Positions 50,637 through 61,126 of a stretch of 64,000 nucleotides of DNA are shown one piece after another (position 1 is the first letter of the stretch; the number at the start of each line of letters is the position of its first letter). The notes beneath the pieces were generated by a model. That model did no database searches. It worked only from the letters and a program-made list of their open reading frames with translations, and was not told the DNA's origin. The DNA comes from Nitrospirales bacterium. Its GTDB lineage: Bacteria; Nitrospirota; Nitrospiria; Nitrospirales; UBA8639. The position numbers and the translations under genes are program-made. The stretch lies in the NCBI GenBank assembly GCA_963422365.1, contig OY729426.1, positions 1,664,001 to 1,728,000 of the forward strand, read 5' to 3'.

Positions 50637-53486
50637 ATGCGTAACAAGAAGTACGTTTATTCTTTTGGAGACGGCAAAGCCGAAGGCAAAGGCGCTATGA
50701 AAGCACTGCTCGGCGGGAAAGGCGCTGGTCTGGTGGAAATGACCAATTTGAAAATTTCCGTTCCTCCGGGATTTACCATCACGACAGAGGCCTGCCTTGA
50801 ATATTTCAGATTTGGGAAGAAGTATCCTGACGGCATGTGGGAACAGACTCTGAAAGGGTTGAAGCGGGTAGAGGGATTGATGAAGACGGGGTTTGGGAAC
50901 CCCAAAAACCCGTTGTTGGTATCCGTGCGGTCCGGGGCACGAGCGTCCATGCCCGGCATGATGGATACGGTCTTGAACCTCGGCTTGAACTCGGAAACCG
51001 TCAAAGGGTTAGCTGAAAAAACGAAGAATGTACGCTTTGCCATGGATTCCTATCGTCGTTTTATCACGATGTTCGGCTCTGTGGTGATGAATATACCACG
51101 AGAAAAATTTGAAGGTGTATTAGAAAATACAAAAAAGCAAGTTGGGGTTGCAACCGATATGGCCCTCTCCGCGAAAACCCTCAGTGAGTTGGTCTCCACG
51201 TATCAAAACATTGTGAGGCAAGAAACCGGCCAAGCGTTTCCTGAGGATCCGTTCGAGCAACTCAAGATGGCGATTCAGGCGGTCTTTGCGTCCTGGTTTG
51301 GTGACAGGGCAGTGGCCTATCGAAAGATTTACGGCCTTTCGGATACGTGGGGAACCGCCGTCAATGTCGTGGCCATGGTGTTTGGAAACATGGGTGAGAC
51401 CAGTGGAACCGGCGTCGTGTTTTCTCGAGATCCGTCCACGGGAGAGCGAGCAATTTGGGGGGAATGTTTATTGAATGCCCAGGGCGAAGATGTCGTGGCG
51501 GGTCTTCGAACGCCCCTTTCAGTCTCTGCCCTGAAGGACACCTTGCCCATTGCCTATAAATCCCTCATGAACACTCAAAAAATTTTGGAGAAACATTATC
51601 GTGACATGCAGGATATGGAGTTTACGATTCAAGAAGGCAAGCTCTATATGTTACAAACGCGGATTGGCAAGAGAACGGGGATTGCCGCGGTTCGGATTGC
51701 CGTTGATATGGTCAAAGAAAGGCTGATTGATAAACAAGAAGCCGTGCGTCGGGTTGAACCGGAGCAGTTGGCTCAGTATCTGTATCCTATTTTTGAAGAA
51801 ACAGAAGAAAAGAAATTTCAACCGATTGGAAAAGGGCTGCCGGCTGGACCGGGCGCCGCCTGCGGGAAAATTGCCTTAACGCCGGATCGTGCCGTGGCAC
51901 TCAAGGCGCGGGGAGAAAAAGCCGTGCTTGTTCGGAAAGAAACCAGCCCTGACGATATTCATGGCATGCACGCCTCGGAAGGTTTCTTAACCGCCACGGG
52001 GGGCATGACCTCCCATGCTGCGGTGGTGGCACGACAAATGGGAAAAGTCTGTGTCGCCGGTTGCGAAGATATCGAAGTTTTTGATGATGAAGCCAAGGTA
52101 CGGATTGGCCCTTCGGTCTTTAAAGAAGGTGATGATATTTCCATTAATGGATTCTCCGGCTTGATCTATGGTGGGATGTTATCCGTGGTCGATTCGGAAG
52201 TGATTCAGGTGATCCAAGGCAAACATTCGGCTGCTCAATCCCAAAAATCGCGCTATTTTTTCACTATCTTGAAATGGGCGGATGAGATACGGCGTCTCAA
52301 CATTCGGGCTAATGCCGATGACCCGGATCAAGCCAAAATCGCTCGGGGGTTTGGCGCGGAAGGCATCGGTCTCTGTCGAACGGAGCATATGTTCTTTGCG
52401 GAAGACCGGGCGCCGATCATGCAAGCGATGATCCTGGCCGCGAACCGGCAAGAACGAGAGCGCTATCTCGATCAATTGCTTCCCCTCCAGAAACAGGATT
52501 TCATGGGCCTGTATCGGGAGATGAAAGGGTACCCGGTCACTATTCGGTTGCTCGATCCCCCCTTACATGAGTTCTTGCCGAAACGGGAACAGCTCATGGT
52601 GGATATTGCGCGTGCCGAGGCCACAGGGGATCGGTCGGCTCACGTTGAAGAAAAACGAAAAATGTTGGCAAGAGTCGAAGAACTCCATGAATTCAATCCG
52701 ATGCTCGGTCTTCGAGGGTGCCGGTTAGGGATTACCATGCCGGAAATTACTCGGATGCAAGTTCGGGCTATCATGGAAGCGGCGTGTGAGGTGGCCAAAG
52801 AAGGGAAAAAGATCGTGCCGGAAATCATGATCCCCCTGGTGGGCATGTCATCGGAAATGAAAGCGCAAAAAGCCATCATCAAAGAGGTTGCCGAGAAAAC
52901 CATGCAATGCTGCGGAAAAACCTTGACCTATTTCGTCGGAACCATGATTGAGTTGCCTCGAGCTGCGGTCACGGCAGGGCAGATTGCCGAAGATGCCGAG
53001 TTCTTTTCTTTTGGCACGAATGACCTGACCCAAACCACGTATGGATTTTCCAGGGACGATGCAGCCAAGTTTACAGGCTTTTACCGCGACAACGATCTGT
53101 TGGAATTTGATCCTTTTGCCGTGCTTGATCGAGAAGGGGTGGGCTCGGTCATGCGGTTGGCTGTGCGTGAAGGGCGAGCGACTCGTCCTGATATCAAACT
53201 CGGGATATGCGGGGAACATGGTGGGGAACCCAGTTCCGTTGAATTTTGCCATCAGCTTGGGCTCAACTACGTGAGTTGTTCGCCATATCGAGTGGCCATT
53301 GCCAGGTTGTCCGCGGCGCAAGCCGTGTTGAATGCCGCAGGGCAAAAGCGGGCAACGACGCCAAAGAAACCGGCGGTGAAGGCTTCGGCAAAAACCAAAA
53401 CGCCCGGCCGCCGCGCGCCTGCCACGCGCTCGCTGTCCAAGCCGAAAGCAAAAGCGCGGCCGGGAATCACGCAAACTCGCCGGTGA
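50637..53486 (+). CDS. ppdK: Pyruvate, phosphate dikinase
   Basis: LGGKGA, SVRSGAR.SMPGMMDT, GGMTSHAAVVAR, GIGLCRTEHM, SFGTNDLTQ and GICGEHGG motifs. Confidence 0.98.
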   Translation: MRNKKYVYSFGDGKAEGKGAMKALLGGKGAGLVEMTNLKISVPPGFTITTEACLEYFRFGKKYPDGMWEQTLKGLKRVEGLMKTGFGNPKNPLLVSVRSGARASMPGMMDTVLNLGLNSETVKGLAEKTKNVRFAMDSYRRFITMFGSVVMNIPREKFEGVLENTKKQVGVATDMALSAKTLSELVSTYQNIVRQETGQAFPEDPFEQLKMAIQAVFASWFGDRAVAYRKIYGLSDTWGTAVNVVAMVFGNMGETSGTGVVFSRDPSTGERAIWGECLLNAQGEDVVAGLRTPLSVSALKDTLPIAYKSLMNTQKILEKHYRDMQDMEFTIQEGKLYMLQTRIGKRTGIAAVRIAVDMVKERLIDKQEAVRRVEPEQLAQYLYPIFEETEEKKFQPIGKGLPAGPGAACGKIALTPDRAVALKARGEKAVLVRKETSPDDIHGMHASEGFLTATGGMTSHAAVVARQMGKVCVAGCEDIEVFDDEAKVRIGPSVFKEGDDISINGFSGLIYGGMLSVVDSEVIQVIQGKHSAAQSQKSRYFFTILKWADEIRRLNIRANADDPDQAKIARGFGAEGIGLCRTEHMFFAEDRAPIMQAMILAANRQERERYLDQLLPLQKQDFMGLYREMKGYPVTIRLLDPPLHEFLPKREQLMVDIARAEATGDRSAHVEEKRKMLARVEELHEFNPMLGLRGCRLGITMPEITRMQVRAIMEAACEVAKEGKKIVPEIMIPLVGMSSEMKAQKAIIKEVAEKTMQCCGKTLTYFVGTMIELPRAAVTAGQIAEDAEFFSFGTNDLTQTTYGFSRDDAAKFTGFYRDNDLLEFDPFAVLDREGVGSVMRLAVREGRATRPDIKLGICGEHGGEPSSVEFCHQLGLNYVSCSPYRVAIARLSAAQAVLNAAGQKRATTPKKPAVKASAKTKTPGRRAPATRSLSKPKAKARPGITQTRR

Positions 53487-54601
53487 GTGACGTCGATCGG
53501 GACGTCCGCTTCATGAAACAGGCCCTCAGGCTGGCGGCTCGAGGGAGAGGAACGACTCGCCCGAATCCCATGGTCGGCGCTGTGGTTGTAGCCAAAGGGA
53601 CCGTCGTGGGTTCCGGGTATCACCAACGAGCCGGCAATCCGCACGCCGAAATCATCGCGCTGCAACGGGCCCAATCCCGTTCTCGTCAGGCGACGCTCTA
53701 CAGCACGCTCGAACCGTGTTGCCATACGGACAAACGCACGCCGCCCTGCGTACCTGCTATCATCGCGTCAGGAGTGCGCCGTGTGGTTGTGGCGATGCCG
53801 GATCCGAATGCCCAAGTGGCTGGGCGGGGCATTCGGCAACTCAGACGAGCCGGGATTACGGTCCACGTCGGTTGCCTCAACCACGAGGCCGCCAAACTCA
53901 ATGAAGGGTATCTCCACTGGGTCACAACCAGCCGACCGTTCGTCATCCTCAAAGCCGCGATGACGTTGGACGGAAAAATCGCCACGGCTTCCGGAGAATC
54001 ACAGTGGATCACGGGTGCCCAAGCACGAGAACACGTCCATCAACTGAGGAGCCAAGTGGAGGCCCTTGCCGTGGGCGCCACGACCGTGTGCAAAGATGAC
54101 CCGCAATTAACCGTCCGGCTTTCTAAGAAACACGGGACGATTTCCTGTCATCCGATCCGGACGATCTTCGACAGCCGTCTTCGGAGTCCCCTGACGTCAC
54201 GTGTTTTTCAACGAGTGACGCAGTTCCCCACGATTGTGGCGACCACAACAATGGCCGATCAGAGAAAAATTGAACAATTGCGGACGATGGGTGTGCAGAT
54301 ATTGGTCCTTCCTCAAAAAAGAACCCGCGTTTCCCTGCGCCGCTGTCTTCGCAAACTCGGAAACATGGGGATCACCAGTTTGTTGGTGGAAGGCGGGAGC
54401 GAGCTGTATGCCGATTTTTTACGTGAGAGGTTGGTGAATCGACTGTATCTGTACGTGGCTCCGGTTCTCCTCGGAGGACAAAATGCACAGAGCTTGATCG
54501 GTGGCCTCTCACCCAAACGTCTGGCCGATAAAGTGGGAGTGTCCAATCTTCATCTTCGATCCCTTGGCGAGGACCTGTTGATGACGGGAGACTTGGGTTA
54601 A
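53483..54601 (+). CDS. ribD: Bifunctional riboflavin deaminase/reductase
   Basis: PNPMVGA, HAE, TLEPC..TPPC, TLDGKIA and VEGG motifs; GTGA overlap with the ppdK stop. Confidence 0.96.
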   Translation: MSDVDRDVRFMKQALRLAARGRGTTRPNPMVGAVVVAKGTVVGSGYHQRAGNPHAEIIALQRAQSRSRQATLYSTLEPCCHTDKRTPPCVPAIIASGVRRVVVAMPDPNAQVAGRGIRQLRRAGITVHVGCLNHEAAKLNEGYLHWVTTSRPFVILKAAMTLDGKIATASGESQWITGAQAREHVHQLRSQVEALAVGATTVCKDDPQLTVRLSKKHGTISCHPIRTIFDSRLRSPLTSRVFQRVTQFPTIVATTTMADQRKIEQLRTMGVQILVLPQKRTRVSLRRCLRKLGNMGITSLLVEGGSELYADFLRERLVNRLYLYVAPVLLGGQNAQSLIGGLSPKRLADKVGVSNLHLRSLGEDLLMTGDLG

Positions 54602-54607
54602 CAATGT

Positions 54608-54707
54608 TCCCTCTCCCTCTGGGAGAGGGCGGGGTGAGGGAGGAATCACTGGCGGCTGTGTGTGGGGCAATGCCGTGGGATATTGTAGCAGCGCATCTCA
54701 TGCGCTG
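54608..54707 (+). repeat. CCCTCTCCC-type palindromic repeat plus GTAG-type REP
   Basis: CCCTCTCCC-TCT-GGGAGAGGG-CGGGGTGAGGG, and GTAG-CAGCGCAT-CTC-ATGCGCTG at 54685-54707. Confidence 0.65.
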
Positions 54708-54871
54708 ACGGGCACTAAACAATTAGGAATGAACAATAATGGGATAGGAATCTCCCTCTTCCTTTGGGATGGAGAGGGGTTCGCAGTACAATTATTTTAC
54801 TCTGGATTCCCGTCTCTGCTGAAAACATGCAGGACAAGCTTTTCCGGGAACGACGGATAGGGGAGGGTGTC

Positions 54872-55525
54872 ATGAAAAAAGTGGCTGTCATTTTATCGGG
54901 CTGTGGATTCTTGGATGGAGCGGAGATCACCGAAGCCATCAGCACGTTGGTGGCGATCGGACAGCAGGGTGCCACGTATCAATGTTTTGCGCCGAATAAA
55001 GACGTGGCGGAGACCAATCATTTAACGCAACAGGCCACGGGCCAGAAAAGAAATGTCCTGCAGGAGGCCGCCCGTATTGCGCGAGGGGAGATCCGACCGC
55101 TGGAAGCGCTCAAGGCGCAAGACTTCGACGCTCTGGCGTTTCCCGGTGGATATGGGGCCGCGCTGCATTTATGTGATTTTGCGCAAAAGGGGAGTGGGGG
55201 AGTGATTGATCCCCAGGTCCTGCGAATCGTGAAAGAATTCCATGAAAGCCAAAAACCCATTGCCGCGATTTGTATTGCTCCGGCCATCATGGCGTTGGCC
55301 TTTGGCGAGCAAGGCGTGAACGTGACGATTGGCGAGGATCACGGAACGGCGTCGGAAGTCGAAAAAACCGGGGCCAAACATACCAACTGTGCGGTCGAAA
55401 CATTCGTCGTGGATACGGCTCATAAGGTGATCACTACGCCGGCTTATATGTACGGGACCGCGAAACCCCATCAAATCTTTGAAGGCGTAAGCGGCGCCAT
55501 CGCCGCATTGATGAAGATGGCGTAA
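54872..55525 (+). CDS. elbB: Glyoxalase ElbB (ES1/DJ-1 family)
   Basis: KKVAVILSGCGFLDGAEI.EA, ARIARG, PGGYGAA, CIAP and TTPAYM motifs. Confidence 0.93.
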   Translation: MKKVAVILSGCGFLDGAEITEAISTLVAIGQQGATYQCFAPNKDVAETNHLTQQATGQKRNVLQEAARIARGEIRPLEALKAQDFDALAFPGGYGAALHLCDFAQKGSGGVIDPQVLRIVKEFHESQKPIAAICIAPAIMALAFGEQGVNVTIGEDHGTASEVEKTGAKHTNCAVETFVVDTAHKVITTPAYMYGTAKPHQIFEGVSGAIAALMKMA

Positions 55526-55557
55526 TGCCATCAGTAGACTCTCAATAGGTTGTCCCT

Positions 55558-55581
55558 GTAGGAGCACGGCGTGCCGTGCCC
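55558..55581 (+). repeat. GTAG-type REP element between convergent genes
   Basis: GTAG-GAGCACGG-CGTG-CCGTGCCC. Confidence 0.6.
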
Positions 55582-55608
55582 TAAGATGGCGTGATGATCT
55601 GGTGCTTT

Positions 55609-55884
55609 CTACTTTGACAATGCCTTATGCGTCGGTGGCGGGGCTGGTACGCCGGTGAGCATGCCGAGAGCGCTGAGGTCCTCATCAATATCTGGCCAAT
55701 GCACCCCTTGCCCTGTCCCGATAATCTCAAAGTGCTGACGTTGCACTGGGGTCGCATTGGATAAACGCCATGACCACGCCAGAGGGACGCTGACCGTGCG
55801 GCCATCTTCGATCTGCGCGATAATAAGGTCGTCAGTCACCTCTACCTTCATAATCCGTGGTTCGTTACTCGCTACAATGCTCAT
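55609..55884 (-). CDS. DUF2442 family putative antitoxin
   Basis: DGRTVSVPLAWSWRL.NAT..QR and GVHWPDIDEDLS motifs. Confidence 0.9.
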   Translation of the reverse strand: MSIVASNEPRIMKVEVTDDLIIAQIEDGRTVSVPLAWSWRLSNATPVQRQHFEIIGTGQGVHWPDIDEDLSALGMLTGVPAPPPTHKALSK

Positions 55885-56104
55885 GCCACTCCTCCATGAT
55901 GTATTCTTGAAACTCCAGAATGATCGCCCTGATACGGTTCAATTCACGTGGTGAAAATCCATGATTCGTACTGAACGCGACTGGCTCCAGCCAAAACTTA
56001 TATGCCATTCGTTCTCGACGTATGTGGACATGCGGAGGTTCATGACAGTCAAAGCTATAAAAGAAAAAACGGTAGGGGCCTGGGATAGTGGGAACGGTTG
56101 GCAT
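55865..56104 (-). CDS. DUF4160 family putative toxin (HicA-like)
   Basis: GPYRFFFYS..HEPPHVHI..KFWLEP motif; overlaps the DUF2442 gene. Confidence 0.9.
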   Translation of the reverse strand: MPTVPTIPGPYRFFFYSFDCHEPPHVHIRRERMAYKFWLEPVAFSTNHGFSPRELNRIRAIILEFQEYIMEEWHEHCSE

Positions 56105-56272
56105 GTCATCTGCCTTGTAAAGATGCCATGAACGCAAAGCCTATGATTCACAGTATACTTGGTCTGTTCTCGGAGAGTGATTTGTTCCTAACATGTTACG
56201 CGAAAAAATGACATAAGGGTCTTATGCGTGGGTGAGGCCCGCCGGCAGGTCTTGAACCCTTGTGCATCGTCG

Positions 56273-59200
56273 TCAGTTATTCATATCCAGAAAATCAAAT
56301 CGGCCGGCACGGAGCAGGTTCTCACGGGCGCGTTCGGCGTTCGCGCGTACGTGTTCATCGCTGCTTTCAAGGCCAGCGTTCAAGATGGGTTTGGCCTCCT
56401 CTGTTTGGATGTCGATCGTGTCATTTTTGAGCCTATCTGTAATCTTGGCGAAGCATTCGACGACCTTTTCGGTATGGGTTGGAAGCATTGTATGTAATGC
56501 ATCGAGTTCGGCAAAAACGTCCGCATCGGGCGCAACGGGTACGTCCAGAATCCTGGAATAAGCAGCCAACCGCCATTCGGGCTCCAGACATTCGGCTTTG
56601 AGCCAATAGGTAAATTTTCGAAGCTCCGTCGGTTCTCCAGCCGTAAGCCGCCATTCGAAGAACGCAATAGCTCTATTTTTTAAGGCATCATCAAGATTCT
56701 TCACGCTGAGGCCCACGTGATGAAACAACCTTGCCCAACGCGCACAGTCGCCGTTCGTCTTTTGGTAATACCGTTCAAGCAGGCTTTCGTCTCCCGTGAG
56801 CGGATACACGTCTCACAAATAATAGCTGAACAGATGCCGTCCGAGTCTGTCGGTCAAATCTCTGTCAGCATGCGGTGGCTTGTTGAAATCGGTCAGATGT
56901 TCCAATGCAAAATCAAAGTCGCTGCGAAGAATTTCAAAGATCGGCTTGAACGGACGACTATAAGAGATAAAGGTATCAAATGCCGCCAGCCATGCGGGCA
57001 AGTCATTCTGGGGGAAAAAGTCCGACTTGTGCTCAGTCGCCCATGATTGGTCGAGGCTAAAAATGCGGCTATAGTCTACGCCTAAAATGGCATACTCCGG
57101 CAACATGAGCGGGTATTCCGCTTCCGCGTTAAAACGTTTTTCAAGAATGGAAACAACCTCGGCGACTTCTGCATCGGCATCGTGCCTTCGCACCCAGAAA
57201 CCGAAATTGATCAGTGCTTGCAGTGCACGACTTCTGGTCTTGTTGATCGCTTGGTCTAACAGGTCGTTGTGGATCAACAGCACTCGGCTATCCTGATCCA
57301 GTTCCCCATCAAATTGCGCACACAGCAGTTCCAGAAGTGTAGAGAGTTGTGCCCGATTGGAAACAGGTACATTTTCCTTGAGGCAGGTTTCGACAAAATC
57401 AATGACGGCGCGCCGTGCGCTATGCCAATCTGGGTTTTCCTTGAATTCATCGCTGGTTCGAACGCCTTTCTCGTGCTCTTGGTTGGGGCGTGAAAGTACC
57501 CATTCGCAAAACGTCAACCATTCGTCGAGCCTGTCAAGGTTTTTTGCCTTAACACACTCCTGCATACCGTTGATCATCATTGCCACATAGATGGGCCGCT
57601 CGATCCGTTCACGATTTTTGATCCAGAAATCGAGCCTGCCGGCTTCCGGGATGATCGATTCCTTGAAGACGGTCTGAAACGCTTTGGCAAGTGCCCGAAT
57701 GGTAATTTGTATAATTTCTACTGCCCTGTAGTCCCCCATGTTGTCGTGTTCTTCCTGCCATTCGTTGATGTAGGCAAATAATTCTTTATCTGAAAGGTTT
57801 GCGAGGTCCTCAGCAGATTGTGGGCTGCGATGAATGATGGATTGCTCTCTTATAGGAGATGGTGGATAGTCTTCATCAGAAATCGGTTTGTCGTCTTCAA
57901 CATCCAATTTTTGGACGTAGGTCAGATATTCGCCGAACAAGAGGGAGGCAAAAGGCCTGAGTTGCCTTCGATGAAAATGGCACTGGCATTGCTGGAAATC
58001 CTCTTCGGTGAATCGTTCACCCATGAACTCTTGGGAACGGGTCTTTGATGGACCGATAAGCACGGTATCGAAAATCCGTGTCCGATCTTCTTCCGTGAGC
58101 AACGTTGCGCCGAAGCGCTCACAGGCGCAGCGTATCATCTTTTGAAATTCGTAACGATGCTCCCATTGGGCGTAATCCCCATGTGCGAGAATCATCTCTC
58201 GAATCCATGGCTTGGTTTGCTCGTTCGGATGAAGTGCATAAAGGTGTTGCCGCAGGCGTTTGAAAATCTTCCATCGTTGATTGCGCAGGGCTGTGTCCAG
58301 TGCTGAGACCGATTCAGGAGATTGTTCATAAACCTGCTCGCAGGCGAAAGTCAGTGTACGAATAAACACTGCCTCAGAGCACTGGGGATTGCTCTCCTCC
58401 TCAACAAGTCGAGGAGGCCATACGTCAGAGAAGAGTTTGTCTATGCCCTTGTCAGTAGCGGCATCAATGAGGAGACGGGCAACATTGTATGGTTCCTTCT
58501 CTGCGAGGGGACGAACACCCTCGTCCAATATTTTCTGATATGCGCATTCGTCGAATCGGGGAGTTGGTTGAAGGATCATCTCCCCTCTTTCAGGGGTTTC
58601 TTGTCGTCGTGCCTGTTTTTCTTGTGATTGAGGGCCGGGTACAAACTGAACAAGTGCCTTTGAAAGTTCCAATGCGGCTGATGTTTGATTGTCTGCCGCC
58701 CAATGGGCTAACACCTCCGCGTATCTGTGTGCAGAGAATTGATATTCTATGCCCGCATATTCAAGCATTTTCGGCTTAAGTTTCGCGGATTGTTCGCCGC
58801 GGAGCCGCAGTGCAATATCCAGAATATCGTTGTAGACCCTTGGGTTATCGACTTTGGGAAGCTGTGATACGATTTTAATAACTTCATCTGGCGCATGATC
58901 GGAAATTGCTGCCAGATAACAAAGCGGCCACCACAAAGGTAAATGTGCCCTGCCGTCACCGGTTGGCTCCACGTTCGGCGGATGGGCGAAATAGCCTTTC
59001 TTTTTGAGGATAGGTAGCCATGTGGCATCGGCGTTCTCGGTGACTCGGCTGAAAAAGAAAGCAAAATTCGCTCCCCTGCTCTCAATCAGGGCAAGCATTC
59101 GTTTTATATCACTTTCAGACCTATCGGAACGTTTTAAGATTGATTGAATCTCATTTTGATTTTGCGCGGTTATGGGGGCCAGAAGGTCGATTATTATTTT

Positions 59201-59791
59201 TTCCAGTGTTTCCAGGTACCGTTCAAAGTCCTCGATATCCGGTGCAATGTTGTGGTGCGCAAAGCCTTCTAATTTTTGCCACAGGCTGTGTAAGCGATCC
59301 CGCTTTTCTTCTCGAATCCTGCTGTCCAATTGGTCACCCATTGGGTCAATATCGGCTACCACCCGCTGCATCTGTTCTCTCCGAGTTGGTTGATGATTCC
59401 GCTCAACATAGCGTTCGACTTTCCGAAGTGTCTCGTCGAGGTGATTGTCAATGACTTGACCTTCCCAGCCTTCAGGGTAATGCTCTTTATCTTTCAACAG
59501 GCGTGTGTCTATCTGGCGTCGCATTCCCGCAAAGTCAAACGCTGTACTCTGTGCATCCATTGTCCGCACGATTCGCGGGAGTTTTTCAACAAGCTCTCGT
59601 AGCGACTGCGCTGCCTGGGAGACGCGATCAGGGTTGTGATAGTTATCCAGCGCATAGAGCGCGCTAAGATACCAATCGCTTAGTGGGTATTCTGCCGTTT
59701 CCTTACCCCTTAGCGTTTCTAATACCGCTCGCTGTAGGGGGGTTAGAACCAACGGCATTGGCTGATTTTGACTTTGGATTCCGTGTCTCAT
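56273..59791 (-). pseudogene. Large (~1170-codon) putative defence gene with an N-terminal HEPN-like helical domain, interrupted by one in-frame TGA
   Basis: ATGA overlap with the hsdS stop; NPDRVSQAAQSLREL...LEGFAHH motif. The frame continues FSYYL*DVYPLTGDESLL through TGA 56813-56815. Confidence 0.6.
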
Positions 59792-61125
59792 GCTGGAGCA
59801 AACGCTTTTTTCAGGACGGCTTGTAAGAGGTGATCTGCGTGGCTGCGGGAACGGCCGATTTCGGCTTCCATCTCGTGGCAAAGCGTCATCAGTGCTTCTA
59901 CTCGTTTCACAATAGCGGCTTGCTCGGCGAGGGGTGGGAGGGGAATTGGCAGTTTTCCTACCTTTCCTGTGCTCAGATTGTACAGACCAGTCGAAGTTTT
60001 AGCCTGGCTCTCAATCAATTGACGCCCGTCTGGCGACAAAAACCAGTAAAGGGTCCACCGAGCGATCTTCGGCTCTCTAAAACGTACCTTTATCACGTGA
60101 TTCTGATGCACGCATGGAGCAACCGACCCATCCCACAGAGCAACCCGTCCGACTTGGTTGCGGCTACCATTTCCTTCGACAAGCAGCAAGTCGTTCTCTT
60201 TCAACAAAACCCTTTCTATTTCTGAATCAGTAACGCCAATTTCTTGCAGGTTGGTAAGCTGTAGGCGATTCGCATAGACGTTTGCTACTCGGAGATACGG
60301 CATAATGAGTTTATGTGTACCTCGTTTTGCGGCGTTCTTTGTCAGGCCGCCCATCACAAGCCCGAGGTCAGCCACACAGTACCACTCCCACTTATCAGGA
60401 ATCTCGAAAGGAATTTCATCAGGGGCAATTTCAGGAAGCGGCTTTTCCTTTCGGAGTTTCTTTTCGGCGATGAGGCGGGCTTTCTCGGTCCGGATGCGGT
60501 GAAGAAGTTGACCGGCGGGTTCCACGTCCGGGTTAGCGGCCCGCCAGTCAGCGGTCAGTTTGCCCTGTATCGCTTCCTGCAGGATGGCTTGCTTAAGTTT
60601 GGTGACGAGGGTTTCTTGGCGGGCGATTTCGGGGTTGGCTACGGCAATGCCTGACCGTGCCTTGTTAATCTTTGTGATGAGATGACGTTGTTGCGGCAGT
60701 GGCGGGAGATTTAACTTGAATGCTAGAAAGAAGTCTTCCTCAATCCGCTTGCGATTGGTATTGCCACGGCTCGCTTTAATACACGCATCGAGAAACACTG
60801 GCGACTGTAGAAAGACGTTAAAAAATTCATGTTCGACTTCATCTTCATTGACGTCGAAGGCGAGAAAGTCATTGGTCACAATCGCGCCGTCCAGCTCTTT
60901 CGAGATGATGCCGAAAGCCCCGTTTCGAGCATCAATTCGGCTGAGAATGAACTGGCCAGTCGCGACACGCCACTGATTCTTAGTCCCAATCTCTGCTCCC
61001 GTTTTGGTGCCACGAAGAACGACTCCCTTGTAATTTGTACGGATCGTGACCTGCTTGTAGATCACGTCGTCTTGGACCGTCACCGGCGTTTTGTGTCGTG
61101 TGAGGATGTCACCGATTCGTTTCAT
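59788..61125 (-). CDS. hsdS: Type I R-M specificity subunit
   Basis: Two TRDs with LPPLPQQ and PLPPLAEQ..IV conserved regions, and PFEIP..WEW. Confidence 0.93.
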   Translation of the reverse strand: MKRIGDILTRHKTPVTVQDDVIYKQVTIRTNYKGVVLRGTKTGAEIGTKNQWRVATGQFILSRIDARNGAFGIISKELDGAIVTNDFLAFDVNEDEVEHEFFNVFLQSPVFLDACIKASRGNTNRKRIEEDFFLAFKLNLPPLPQQRHLITKINKARSGIAVANPEIARQETLVTKLKQAILQEAIQGKLTADWRAANPDVEPAGQLLHRIRTEKARLIAEKKLRKEKPLPEIAPDEIPFEIPDKWEWYCVADLGLVMGGLTKNAAKRGTHKLIMPYLRVANVYANRLQLTNLQEIGVTDSEIERVLLKENDLLLVEGNGSRNQVGRVALWDGSVAPCVHQNHVIKVRFREPKIARWTLYWFLSPDGRQLIESQAKTSTGLYNLSTGKVGKLPIPLPPLAEQAAIVKRVEALMTLCHEMEAEIGRSRSHADHLLQAVLKKAFAPA

Positions 61126-61126
61126 T

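Noticed and set aside
53246..53482. N-terminal extension of RibD in the ORF track (similar extensions on elbB, msrA, msrB and the cytochrome c gene)
   Set aside because: They overlap upstream genes or lack an RBS; downstream starts with an RBS or stop-start overlaps fit the families better.
56228..56262. Minus-strand GGTTCAAGACCTGCCGGCGGG resembling a tRNA 3' end or att site at the edge of the R-M island
   Set aside because: The T-stem pairs poorly, there is no CCA, it does not match tRNA-Arg in this window, and no integrase is visible.
29860..56815. In-frame TGA codons as evidence for stop-codon recoding or selenocysteine
   Set aside because: The implied residues differ (probably Gly, Trp and Arg), TAG/TAA interruptions also occur, and TGA terminates normal genes such as ppdK and hsdS. 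Nonsense mutation is the simpler explanation.
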